A stretch of DNA of 64,000 nucleotides from the sequence record ON212266.1; one strand, 5' to 3'. Below are positions 17,362 to 26,463 of the stretch, piece after piece (position 1 is the first letter of the stretch; every line of letters begins with the position of its first letter). The notes under the pieces were generated by a model. That model worked only from the letters and a program-made list of their open reading frames with translations, made no database searches and was not told where the DNA came from. The stretch is from Enterobacter phage fGh-Ecl02. The position numbers and the translations under genes were made by a program.

Positions 17362-17811
17362 ATGTTCCTTACATCTTTTATTGACTGGTTGAACATCATT
17401 AACGGCCTGAGGATTCCTGTTGGGAACCTCGGGCTTTCTCGTTCTTCTATGCCGCAAATCGATGCCGACAAACAAGAAGATTTTCACAAATATCTTGAAG
17501 ACAACGGCGTGTCCATAGATGCTGTGCAAGTGCCCATCAAAATGCTTCGTCTTACCCAGAACGAAATCAATAAAATGAAGGTCTGGAAGATTATGAAGCA
17601 GATCAGAAATAAGAAACCTATGGGTCGAGTTTGGGTGTCTTCTGACAATTACGTTGTTGACGGTTCTCACCGATTTGTCGCTGCGTTGAACATGGACGGC
17701 AAACAGCGCATGAAGGTCTACAAAGTTGATTTGCCAGCGATGGAATTTGTTAAACTCGCTAAACAGTTTCAGGGTGTGCGATACAGAACGGTCAGCGATA
17801 CCCGTTTCTGA
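17362..17811 (+). CDS. ParB/sulfiredoxin-like nuclease domain protein
   Basis: VVDGSHRFVAAL matches the ParB-N DGxHR motif. Confidence 0.45.
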   Translation: MFLTSFIDWLNIINGLRIPVGNLGLSRSSMPQIDADKQEDFHKYLEDNGVSIDAVQVPIKMLRLTQNEINKMKVWKIMKQIRNKKPMGRVWVSSDNYVVDGSHRFVAALNMDGKQRMKVYKVDLPAMEFVKLAKQFQGVRYRTVSDTRF

Positions 17812-17833
17812 ATACGATAGTTTATTGAATCCC

Positions 17834-17862
17834 TTTACTCAACATGGTGAGCCGCCTATCAT
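17834..17862 (+). promoter_or_regulatory. early promoter TTTACT-N17-TATCAT
   Basis: Same family, upstream of the exported-protein gene. Confidence 0.5.
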
Positions 17863-17890
17863 TTCATCCAATGAAATAAGGAGAATCACC

Positions 17891-18577
17891 ATGAAACGTT
17901 TAATCCTCGGGGTCGTGCTGGCTGGTCTGGCATTACCCGCCGCTGCCAAGCTGAACTCCACAGGTGATAAACTGTGGTCCGATCTTTCCTATTGTGCTGG
18001 GTTCTCCCAGGCGGTTGCCATCGACAAGTCTGGTTCCATAGAGAACTTCGCTGAACTCTGGAACACAGGCAACGTCTCCACTGCTGTCGTCAATGCCGGA
18101 ATTGAGTTCAACCGTTACAAACAGGGAGCCTATAACCTCAAGGGCTACCTCAATGACGACGAATTTAACCGTGGAGGCATGGAGGCTGGCGATTTAATCA
18201 TGACTGGCCGAATGGGCACCCAAGGCCGAATGACAGTCAGACAGTGCCGTTCGCTCCCTTCTCCGGCATTACAGAAGGGTGTGCAGATAGGCCGCCGACA
18301 CCTGAACCTTATCAACGATGGTAACCAGTGCATCAAAGTATTCGAATACAGCGCTACGCAGACCTCTGATCGCGTCCTGAAGAAGGAATGGCGCACCCGC
18401 GCTCTTGGTCTCAGAGCCTGGCTGGTTGAGAACGATTATTATTTTGAGGATCGTGTTCAGAACGGTCTGAAAGACCTGGCCACGAATCTGAGCGTGAACC
18501 TTGATGATCCCCGCATGTCGCGCGAACTCCAGCAGACTCGTGTTGACTGCGACAATATGATGAAGGAGAACGAGTGA
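17891..18577 (+). CDS. exported protein (signal peptide), 228 aa
   Basis: MKRLILGVVLAGLALPAAA signal peptide. AGGAG SD. Downstream of a TTTACT-N17-TATCAT promoter. Confidence 0.5.
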   Translation: MKRLILGVVLAGLALPAAAKLNSTGDKLWSDLSYCAGFSQAVAIDKSGSIENFAELWNTGNVSTAVVNAGIEFNRYKQGAYNLKGYLNDDEFNRGGMEAGDLIMTGRMGTQGRMTVRQCRSLPSPALQKGVQIGRRHLNLINDGNQCIKVFEYSATQTSDRVLKKEWRTRALGLRAWLVENDYYFEDRVQNGLKDLATNLSVNLDDPRMSRELQQTRVDCDNMMKENE

Positions 18578-18903
18578 TGAAATGTAAAATCCTGCTCTTG
18601 TTGGTACTGATAGCCGGGTGTGTAAACGCCACGCCACCGTCCAAACTGAACACATGTGTGGCATGGATGGAGACGTATCAGCAGTTCCACCCAGATGACA
18701 AAGATACATCTATCCTCCTGTCTGACTTCGAGGGAGAGCTGAAGCGCCTTGATCTGTTCAGTGTTGATCAGATAGAGAATGCACTGGACCTTCCCATGAT
18801 GCTGACTGCGGCTGACAACAGTCCACAAACGAAGAAAGACCTGATGTATTGCCGGGGGATTGCCCAGGACTTTGTCGGATTTCAAAATAAAGTTTCGGGT
18901 TAA
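18574..18903 (+). CDS. lipoprotein (lipobox LIAGC)
   Basis: MMKCKILLLLVLIAGC lipobox. ATGA overlap with the upstream exported protein. Confidence 0.5.
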   Translation: MMKCKILLLLVLIAGCVNATPPSKLNTCVAWMETYQQFHPDDKDTSILLSDFEGELKRLDLFSVDQIENALDLPMMLTAADNSPQTKKDLMYCRGIAQDFVGFQNKVSG

Positions 18904-18942
18904 AATTTAGCCCTACAATGTGAACTGAAGGAATACACTGTG

Positions 18943-19809
18943 ATGCTCCTGACCAAAACAATCGCTGCGGCGATTATCGAAAAGAATAAGGCTTTTGCCC
19001 CCAACGCAGCCAAAGTTATGTTGGTACACGAAGACGCTCGCGTGATCTTCGCCGAGAAGTTCGAGATGGGCGCGAAGTTCTGGTATGCCGACAACTTACG
19101 TGAGAGCAAACTTCAGGGTATCATCCACAAACTGACTCTGGTGGCCAAGCGTAATGACCAGGGTGACTGGGTCGGCGTTTCTGACTTCAGTACGAAGATC
19201 ACCCCAAAGGCTCCGCTTTCTCGTCAAGAGCGCATTCTGAAAGCCCAGGAAAAGCTGCGTGCGGCTCGGAGTACCCCAAAGGCGAAACCAGATGCAAGCC
19301 CTGTCATCAAGCCAGCGGTTGTTCCTAAGTCCAAATACCTCCCGCCCGTGAGTCAAAAGGCTGTGAAGCAATTGGTTGAGAAGCGCAAGGGTGATGTTGT
19401 GATGAAGTCTGACTCTTCAGTGGAGTCGTTCAAGCCGGATCCAGCAGAAGTACAGGCGCTGGCAGAAAAGGTAAAGAATTCACAATTCATTTCCCTGCGT
19501 GAACTTGAACCGCCTACTCGCCGTCGTATCGCCAACGAGCTGTTTGTGTCGTTCAGGTCGGATGGCAAGATCGTCCTGTGCAAAGCCTTGCGTGACATCA
19601 TTCCGTGGACCACGTTGAACATGATGGTCACTCGCGACTTCAAGCGTTTTGGTATCATGCAAGGCAAGGACTACAACGTCAACCAGAGCGGGACTTATGT
19701 TAATCGCGCCATGTGTGACAAACTGACCTTCCCAGAAGATACCGGAACGATCCGTGTCGTTCTGAATTGGGACGACAAGCTGAACATGTATGTTGGCGAT
19801 TTCCAATAA
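18943..19809 (+). CDS. hypothetical protein
   Basis: 288 aa with a basic Lys/Pro-rich central region. Confidence 0.45.
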   Translation: MLLTKTIAAAIIEKNKAFAPNAAKVMLVHEDARVIFAEKFEMGAKFWYADNLRESKLQGIIHKLTLVAKRNDQGDWVGVSDFSTKITPKAPLSRQERILKAQEKLRAARSTPKAKPDASPVIKPAVVPKSKYLPPVSQKAVKQLVEKRKGDVVMKSDSSVESFKPDPAEVQALAEKVKNSQFISLRELEPPTRRRIANELFVSFRSDGKIVLCKALRDIIPWTTLNMMVTRDFKRFGIMQGKDYNVNQSGTYVNRAMCDKLTFPEDTGTIRVVLNWDDKLNMYVGDFQ

Positions 19810-19865
19810 TCAATAACCTCGGGCGGCTTATCATAAAGCTGCCCTTTCATTTGAGTGACTATATC

Positions 19866-20528
19866 ATGGAAAAACTTTATTCTATTATCGTCGGTCCTGA
19901 TCCTGACGGATTATTCTTCGCCCCGTTGTCTTATATTGCCCACGCCCGTATCGGTAGCCATTACGCATATTGCACACGTGGCCACGACGGTTCCAATGTC
20001 CTCCATTATAGCCGCCTGAACGATTTCCTGGCACTTCAACCAGAAGATGTTGTGCTGGCGCGTCGCGTGTTCATCGACTTCAACGCGATGCACAACAACG
20101 AAATCGACGCTCGCTATCATGCCATGCGTTCTATGGAAGGGGGAGACTGCATTTATCGTATCGACCATTTTAGTGAGTTTACCGAATGTATTGATTGGTT
20201 TATCTCTGATAAAGTGATGGGTGAAAGAATCGTCACAACTCCGTGGGCACATGCGGAACAACTTCGTGTGTCTACCGATGCGTACAAAGAAGTCGACAAT
20301 CTGTGCAACAAGTTCCGCATCTCGGTGACCTGTAATCAAGACCTGGGCGAAGAGATACAATGGACAGCTGAGTCTCCTCATTTCAGTGGCCTGGTGATGA
20401 CGGCCAAAACCCGTTCCCGTGCTGTTGTCCAGTTAGTACTCTGGGCGTTCTACCAGCGCACCCCGTTCTCATACATGGGACAGAAAGAGATTGATGAACT
20501 CCTGAAGTCTCACGCGGTGGAGGTGTAA
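19866..20528 (+). CDS. hypothetical protein
   Basis: 220 aa, Met34 of the track ORF, start motif GACTATATCATG after a terminator hairpin. Confidence 0.5.
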   Translation: MEKLYSIIVGPDPDGLFFAPLSYIAHARIGSHYAYCTRGHDGSNVLHYSRLNDFLALQPEDVVLARRVFIDFNAMHNNEIDARYHAMRSMEGGDCIYRIDHFSEFTECIDWFISDKVMGERIVTTPWAHAEQLRVSTDAYKEVDNLCNKFRISVTCNQDLGEEIQWTAESPHFSGLVMTAKTRSRAVVQLVLWAFYQRTPFSYMGQKEIDELLKSHAVEV

Positions 20529-20529
20529 T

Positions 20530-20970
20530 ATGGCTGGTGTATGGTGTGATGTCTTGCTGGTTCGTTACAGCGTAAATGGGTGTGTTCAAGTGCGTTCCGC
20601 CTTCTATCCAGTACCGTTCTCCTCTGGTGGTCTTACAGCTCAGAGGGTGTTAAGTATCGAAGCAGAACTGAACGCGAAGACATATATCGGCGATACACAA
20701 GTGTTGGGATACGATCTTCTGAACGAAATGTTGATCGATGAAGATAAGGTAGAAACCATTATTGTTAGCCGTCAAGAAATGGAGGTCTTGATGAAACCGG
20801 AAGGCACCGAAAAGACTGAAGTTCAAACGGTGTCTGTGCCTGTCACACCAACACAGGAACGCCTTGATGCCATTGCTGGATTATTCACGTATGGATTTTG
20901 TGATGATCGCATGGCTCGTGGTATCTATGCCGCCGCACTGGGCGTTGAGAAACAAACGGAGCAAATATGA
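20530..20970 (+). CDS. hypothetical protein
   Basis: 146 aa, coupled to the upstream gene. Confidence 0.4.
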   Translation: MAGVWCDVLLVRYSVNGCVQVRSAFYPVPFSSGGLTAQRVLSIEAELNAKTYIGDTQVLGYDLLNEMLIDEDKVETIIVSRQEMEVLMKPEGTEKTEVQTVSVPVTPTQERLDAIAGLFTYGFCDDRMARGIYAAALGVEKQTEQI

Positions 20971-21095
20971 GCACAAAGACTGTAATCGTGGTGAAAGGCT
21001 ATTAATTCCGCTTTATTCAATAAAATTTGTTAGTTAAACTGTAGTCCTCTTGTAGTGAACATGAAAGTAAACATTAACCCAACGGAGAAATCCAG

Positions 21096-21374
21096 ATGAA
21101 TCGTACTGAATTTGTTGCCCACATTGCTTCGACCCAGAATATCACCAAAGGCGAAGCGGAGAAAGTAGTGGCATCCTTTATCGACGGTGTTAAAACTGCA
21201 GTTGCTGCAGGCGCATCTGTACAGCTGGTCGGCTTCGGTGCGTTCGAAGTGAAACACCAAGAAGCGCGTGAAGGTCGCAACCCTCTGAACGGCCAGACCA
21301 TTCAGATCGCGGCGAAAAACGTTGTGAAATTCAAAGTGGGCGAAGGTCTGAAGAACGCTGCCAACGGCAAGTAA
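21096..21374 (+). CDS. HU-like histone-like DNA-binding protein
   Basis: MNRTEF...VQLVGFGAFEVKHQEAREGRNPLNGQTIQIAAKNVVKFKVGEGLK aligns along its whole length with bacterial HU. Terminator downstream. Confidence 0.85.
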   Translation: MNRTEFVAHIASTQNITKGEAEKVVASFIDGVKTAVAAGASVQLVGFGAFEVKHQEAREGRNPLNGQTIQIAAKNVVKFKVGEGLKNAANGK

Positions 21375-21423
21375 TTCTATCTGACGCGCGGCCAGGCTCT
21401 GCAATCAGGGCATGGCAAAAGAG

Positions 21424-21457
21424 AAAGCCGGAGTACAATGCTCCGGCTTTTTCGTTC
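21424..21457 (+). terminator. intrinsic terminator after the HU gene
   Basis: aaagccggag-tacaatg-ctccggcttt + tttcg. Confidence 0.8.
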
Positions 21458-21502
21458 TTGGGGATCGGGTAAACTATAGGCGAATCCCATAGGAGGAAGA
21501 AA

Positions 21503-23221
21503 GTGACAGCATTCAACCAATATACCAAGGCGCTTGACGGCGTCGGACCAGTCAGCATAGACCGCATCAAGTCTCTTGCCACTGAGTTCTTCCCGTATGA
21601 CACCGCCAACCCCGGCCAGATGGAATGCATCGTTGAAGCCATTGATGCCCTTGTGAATAAGAAATTCAAACACGTGATCATCGAGGCTCCGACTGGTGTG
21701 GGTAAATCCCTCATTGGCACAACCATCCATAACGTTCTTCGCCATCTGGTTCTTGAGCACAACCCGTATGGTCAGTTCCGCACGTCTATCACGACGCCGA
21801 CCAAAGGTTTGCAGGATCAGTATGCAGCAGAGAAAGCCGTGGCAATAGACATCCTGAAGGGCAAGAAGAACTACCGTTGCCACATCAGTCCCGACCTATA
21901 CTACAACGCCATTCAGTGCCGTATGGCATGCCGTGATGGCCACTGTAGTAAGAATCGTTGCCCATATGTTCAGGCGCGTCGACAGTGGACCGACGTCTCC
22001 TCCCTGCGCTGCACCAACGCCGCCATGATGGTGGAGATGTGTACGACGATTTGTATGAAGCCGGAAAACCGTGCCGATATGCTGATCCTTGACGAGTGTC
22101 ATAAAATGCCCTCTACGCTCCTAGAGCATACTATCATGGAATACAACATAAAGGCTGTGGAAGGGTTACTTACGATCCCCGAGGGAGTGCCTATCGTGGA
22201 GACCATCAAGGATATCATCATCCGCACAGAGAACTATGAATTGGGCAAGCTGTATTCCCTGTCTGGTGAGATGCATGCGATATTTGATGAACTACACGGC
22301 AAGGTTGAAGCCCTGTTGGAAACTCTTGAGGAACTGGTAGAGGACGAGCGCCTGACTGAAGCCCAGGTGATGAAGCTGTCTGATATTATTGATAATCTTC
22401 ACAACCTCAGCGACTACTGTGGTATCATGGGGCAGACCAACGCCAGCACTTTCATCGTACAGGAGAAGGACAAGGGTATGATTCAGTTCAAGCCTGTCAT
22501 CGCCTCTGATGTATCCCAGTTCGGCCTGTTCCGCAAGGGTGACTACCACGTTCACATGTCGGCTACCATTTGTGGGATTGACTCGTACGCCCGGTCACTG
22601 GGTATCCGCGAGGGTGAGTACCACAAGATACAGATCGGCAACCCTATCCCGATTGAGAACCGGAAAGTCAACTACATGCCCATCATGAAGATGACAGCGA
22701 ACATGGGTGACTACGAGATGAAGAAGCTGGCTGAATACGTGGATGAAATTATCGCGTTCCACCCTGGGCAGTCTGGCATCATTCACACAGTCAGTTATGA
22801 CCGCGCCCTGGCTCTACAAAAGTTCAGTAAGTACCGGAATATGATTCACGTTCCTCGTACCCGTAAGGCTCTGATGGACATCATGGAACATGCGTTCAGG
22901 ACGAAGACGCCTTGTGTCATCGCCAGTCCGGCCATGGAAGAGGGGTATGACTTCAAAGGCGATTATAGTCGATTTCAGATCTTGATCAAGGTGCCATACG
23001 ATTACCTTGGTGATCCTCTGGTGGCCCACGTCAACAGTGTGGACCCATCGGCGTACTTCAGGATGGCGGTACTGCGTATCGTTCAGATGTGTGGGCGTTC
23101 GGTCAGGGGCGTGAATGACTGGGCTGCGACGTACATCCTTGATTCTTCTTTTGAATCACTGATGATGCGCAACCCAGAGTTCTTCCCCGCTTGGTTCACT
23201 GATGCCGTGTTTGAGGTTTAG
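21503..23221 (+). CDS. XPD/DinG-family Fe-S DNA helicase
   Basis: GTG start with AGGAGG SD. FFPYD..NPGQMECIVEA, IIEAPTGVGKS Walker A, LDECH (DEAH box) and a 4-Cys cluster CRMACRDGHCSKNRCPY typical of the XPD Fe-S domain. Confidence 0.7.
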   Translation: MTAFNQYTKALDGVGPVSIDRIKSLATEFFPYDTANPGQMECIVEAIDALVNKKFKHVIIEAPTGVGKSLIGTTIHNVLRHLVLEHNPYGQFRTSITTPTKGLQDQYAAEKAVAIDILKGKKNYRCHISPDLYYNAIQCRMACRDGHCSKNRCPYVQARRQWTDVSSLRCTNAAMMVEMCTTICMKPENRADMLILDECHKMPSTLLEHTIMEYNIKAVEGLLTIPEGVPIVETIKDIIIRTENYELGKLYSLSGEMHAIFDELHGKVEALLETLEELVEDERLTEAQVMKLSDIIDNLHNLSDYCGIMGQTNASTFIVQEKDKGMIQFKPVIASDVSQFGLFRKGDYHVHMSATICGIDSYARSLGIREGEYHKIQIGNPIPIENRKVNYMPIMKMTANMGDYEMKKLAEYVDEIIAFHPGQSGIIHTVSYDRALALQKFSKYRNMIHVPRTRKALMDIMEHAFRTKTPCVIASPAMEEGYDFKGDYSRFQILIKVPYDYLGDPLVAHVNSVDPSAYFRMAVLRIVQMCGRSVRGVNDWAATYILDSSFESLMMRNPEFFPAWFTDAVFEV

Positions 23222-23985
23222 TAACCCGCAACGAAGGACAGATGGCACTTGACATTCGGTTCCAACGACGTCACAGAAACCGTCATATTGTCCGTATCTT
23301 GGCTGAAGTCAATGGTGGCGAGAGGTTTGGTCTGAATATGGTTGTATACACTGTAGATCAGATCCTCGCCACGATACCCTACCTTCCCGTCTGTGTCTTG
23401 CCAATGACCCAGTGTCTCATCGTAGACATGCACTCTGAACTCGATCATATGGAAGAGTGCCTTGGGGATGTCCTTGAGTACGCTGGTGCCAACCACGGGA
23501 ATCTCTATGCTGGAATCATTGGAGTTCCCTTCATAGACCGAAGCCCATGCAAAGGTAGGATCACCCCCAGCAACAGGGGTTCGCTTCCAGTATTGGAATT
23601 CTGGGTTGCCTGAAGCGTTCTTCTGAAGTAGAATGACCTCACCACCTTTGAAGTTCGAAGTATCGATGTCGCCTCGCTGAAGTTCATCTGCTGGAGATCC
23701 AATAAATTTCCAACCTTCGCGATCCAGTAAAGACTTATAATAGTCGGTGAACACGTTGCTGTCTTCTGCATCGTTGATGGCATCTTTGAGACCTTGGCCT
23801 GTCACCATCTCGTTGAGCTTCAACCACATGTTCTTGACAGCAGAAGCTGCTGCGACTTGTCCAGCAGTCCCACCTGCAGCATAATCATAGATGATATCTT
23901 CTGACTTGATAGCATCATAGATAGAGAGGAGCAATTGCTCAATCTGCGGGGCGGTGAGACTGAAACGATATGCGCGGGGTGCCAT
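23218..23985 (-). CDS. hypothetical late protein (possible virion component)
   Basis: Start set at Met54 of the track ORF so it does not overlap rnh. AGAGGA SD. TATAAATA late promoter 39 nt upstream on the minus strand. Confidence 0.5.
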   Translation of the reverse strand: MAPRAYRFSLTAPQIEQLLLSIYDAIKSEDIIYDYAAGGTAGQVAAASAVKNMWLKLNEMVTGQGLKDAINDAEDSNVFTDYYKSLLDREGWKFIGSPADELQRGDIDTSNFKGGEVILLQKNASGNPEFQYWKRTPVAGGDPTFAWASVYEGNSNDSSIEIPVVGTSVLKDIPKALFHMIEFRVHVYDETLGHWQDTDGKVGYRGEDLIYSVYNHIQTKPLATIDFSQDTDNMTVSVTSLEPNVKCHLSFVAGY

Positions 23986-24020
23986 AGTTTCATTCCTCTT
24001 TCTATAAAACCAGTTTGGGA

Positions 24021-24028
24021 TATTTATA
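24021..24028 (-). promoter_or_regulatory. T4-type late promoter TATAAATA (minus strand) for the 23985 gene; overlaps the rnh start region
   Basis: Reverse complement of tatttata. Confidence 0.5.
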
Positions 24029-24030
24029 TC

Positions 24031-24558
24031 ATGATAGAAATTTATTCTGACGGGGGTTCTAACCCGAAGACCAACCAGGCCGCAGGCTGGGCATTTGTCA
24101 TCAGGCCAATAACGGGTATGCAATGGAAGGTGTTCTTCGGCCATCTACCTCCCCCGTCCACTAACAATATCGCCGAGTTGTTGGGTGTGACCAACGCATT
24201 GAAGCTGCTGTGGGCATTCTCAGGAAAGGGTGAGCGCAGAATACCAAAGGCAACAATTTGGTCTGACAGCCAATATGCCATCAAGAGTGTCACCGAATGG
24301 CGAACGAAGTGGGAGTATCAGGGTTTCCCAGAAAAGAACGTTGAACTCATCAAAGAACTGTTCAGAATCTATGATCTCGTTTGTTCAATTTGTGATGTTG
24401 AACTAAAATGGGTTAAGGGTCATGCGGGGCACGAAGGCAACGAACTTGCCGATGACTGGGCCACAGCAGCCAAAAACGACAGCAACTTCCTGATTGAGAA
24501 TGACAAGATCTCGGTGAAGAAGGTTGTTGGATCTTTTGATGAATTTATCGGTATCTGA
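24031..24558 (+). CDS. rnhA: Ribonuclease HI
   Basis: IEIYSDGGS...GWAFVI, NNIAELLGVTNAL, IWSDSQYAI and KWVKGHAGHEGNELAD match the RNase HI catalytic DEDD and HxxN regions. Start motif TATATCATG. Confidence 0.8.
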   Translation: MIEIYSDGGSNPKTNQAAGWAFVIRPITGMQWKVFFGHLPPPSTNNIAELLGVTNALKLLWAFSGKGERRIPKATIWSDSQYAIKSVTEWRTKWEYQGFPEKNVELIKELFRIYDLVCSICDVELKWVKGHAGHEGNELADDWATAAKNDSNFLIENDKISVKKVVGSFDEFIGI

Positions 24559-24569
24559 GGGCTATCATA

Positions 24570-25361
24570 ATGGGAATGAACTTCGTGGACAGAGGGGAGA
24601 ATGTCGTCAAATATTTCACAGACGAAGATAACGAGCGTGTCATCAGCATCCTGCGTGATTGGATCCCTGCTCGTAAGAAGGCTCTGGCTGAAGGCACCAG
24701 GCTTCCAAAGATCCCCAACTATGTTGCTCTACAGGTCCAGCGCATCATCACCAAGATGAGCACCCGCTACAACTATCGCGACTATCCCTTCCGTGAAGAC
24801 ATGGTCTCTGAAGCAATAGTCAACATATTGCGCTACCTCCACACATTTGACGTCGAACACATTGGAAAGAAAGGGAAGATCAACTTCTTCTCTTGGGTGA
24901 CCATGTGTGCTGATCGATCATTCGCTCGTAAACTGAATATCGAAGAAGAACACACGTACATCAAATTGCGCTCATTTGAAGAGGCGGGTGGGTTCGCAGG
25001 CCTGGCAGACGATCCCGACTTCAAACAAGAGATCTTTGTTGACGCGACAGGGATTGGCATGGACTTCCGTGAACGTATCGGTAACTTTGAGAACAAAAAG
25101 GACGCTCAAAGGCAGAAGGAACGAGAGAAGGTGGAGGCAGCTCGTCTCGCAGAATCGAATAAAAAGATTGCGAAAGGCATACTTCAATACATGGCGCAGG
25201 CTAAGAATACGGTAACAGCGCAGGCCGAAGACAATTCAGATCAGGACTTCGGCAAAACCCAATTCAATCTGGAAGATGATATCTGTGCGATGGAACCAGA
25301 TTGGGAAGCCCTCAAACAAAGATTAGAAGAACGGGAGAAAAAGAACAATGGCGATTGCTAA
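24570..25361 (+). CDS. 55: late-transcription sigma factor (gp55 family)
   Basis: MSTRYNYRDYPFREDMVSEAIVNILRYLHTFDVE aligns with T4 gp55 [35 protein letters not shown]. Sits before 47/46 as in T4. Confidence 0.65.
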   Translation: MGMNFVDRGENVVKYFTDEDNERVISILRDWIPARKKALAEGTRLPKIPNYVALQVQRIITKMSTRYNYRDYPFREDMVSEAIVNILRYLHTFDVEHIGKKGKINFFSWVTMCADRSFARKLNIEEEHTYIKLRSFEEAGGFAGLADDPDFKQEIFVDATGIGMDFRERIGNFENKKDAQRQKEREKVEAARLAESNKKIAKGILQYMAQAKNTVTAQAEDNSDQDFGKTQFNLEDDICAMEPDWEALKQRLEEREKKNNGDC

Positions 25362-26463
25362 AATTGGCGATCTGCATATCGGGAGCCGTAATGGTTCTCG
25401 ATACGTTCGCGACTTCATCAAGAACTATCTCATCAATTATTTCATTCCTGAACTTGCCGACTCTGATATCAAAGAGGTCTGGCAGTTCGGTGATATGTTT
25501 GATGTCCGCAAATTCATGTACGGTCGTGACAAAGACTGGCTGAAGGATGAACTCACTCCTGCGCTGAAAGCCGCTGGTATCAAGTGGAACGGCATCGTGG
25601 GCAACCATGACATCACCCTGGAAGAGTCCAACCGCATCAACTGGCCGTCCTATCTGAATGAACTCGATCCTGATGTCTACTGCTATTACAGCGAGCCGAC
25701 CGAGGTGATGATCGAGGGTGTCAAGACTCTGTTGTTGCCTTGGATCAACAAGGAGAACTATGATGCGTCTATTAAAGCGATACAAGATACAGACGCCGAG
25801 TACTGTTTTGCGCATCTGGAGCTGGCGGGGTTCAAAATGTACCAGTCTTCTACTTGTGATCACGGTCAGATAGACGTTGCGCTGCTTTCCAAGTTTACCA
25901 GGGTCGACACGGGCCATTTCCATACCCGTTCGATGGAAGGTAACATTCAATATATTGGGACTCCGTATCACCTGAACTGGGAAGACTACAAAGACGGCAC
26001 CAATCGTGGCTTCTATGTGGACGACATGCGCGGCGGTGAGGTCTTTATCCCGAACGCCGAGAATCAGACGCTGTTCCGCTATGTGGAATATGATTACACC
26101 AAGTTGTCCTCCGATGAAGAAGGCAATTGGATAGACCCGGAATGGTTGAACACAGGCTTGGGTATTGAAGGGCAAATCGTTAAGGTTATTGTACAGAACC
26201 GCGACAATGCTAAGCATTATGAAAAGTTCTGTGATGCCATGAAGCGCTGCAAGTGCATTGACTACAACTTCATCGACCGGACGATTACTGTTGCTGCCGA
26301 GAAGGTTGAGGTCACCGAAGAGATGGTGGCAACCGATGCGGTGGAAGTCCTAAAGAAGGATATCCGCGCCGGGAACAACATCCAGCGCCCTGAAAACGTC
26401 TGCAAGCTGGCAGAGCACTTCTACAACGCTGCCCAACAACGCCTGAATACACTGGATGCATAA
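25348..26463 (+). CDS. 47: recombination endonuclease subunit gp47 (Mre11-like phosphoesterase)
   Basis: GDLHIG...GNHD calcineurin-like motifs. Overlaps the 55 stop and the 46 start. Confidence 0.8.
   Translation: MAIAKIGDLHIGSRNGSRYVRDFIKNYLINYFIPELADSDIKEVWQFGDMFDVRKFMYGRDKDWLKDELTPALKAAGIKWNGIVGNHDITLEESNRINWPSYLNELDPDVYCYYSEPTEVMIEGVKTLLLPWINKENYDASIKAIQDTDAEYCFAHLELAGFKMYQSSTCDHGQIDVALLSKFTRVDTGHFHTRSMEGNIQYIGTPYHLNWEDYKDGTNRGFYVDDMRGGEVFIPNAENQTLFRYVEYDYTKLSSDEEGNWIDPEWLNTGLGIEGQIVKVIVQNRDNAKHYEKFCDAMKRCKCIDYNFIDRTITVAAEKVEVTEEMVATDAVEVLKKDIRAGNNIQRPENVCKLAEHFYNAAQQRLNTLDA

Noticed and set aside
17891-18903. i-spanin/o-spanin pair
   Set aside because: The upstream protein has a cleavable signal peptide and no periplasmic coiled coil. 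The lipoprotein is 109 aa and not Pro-rich. It is also not adjacent to the endolysin.
25312-26217. 301-aa minus-strand ORF
   Set aside because: Antisense to gp47, whose phosphoesterase motifs confirm the plus frame.
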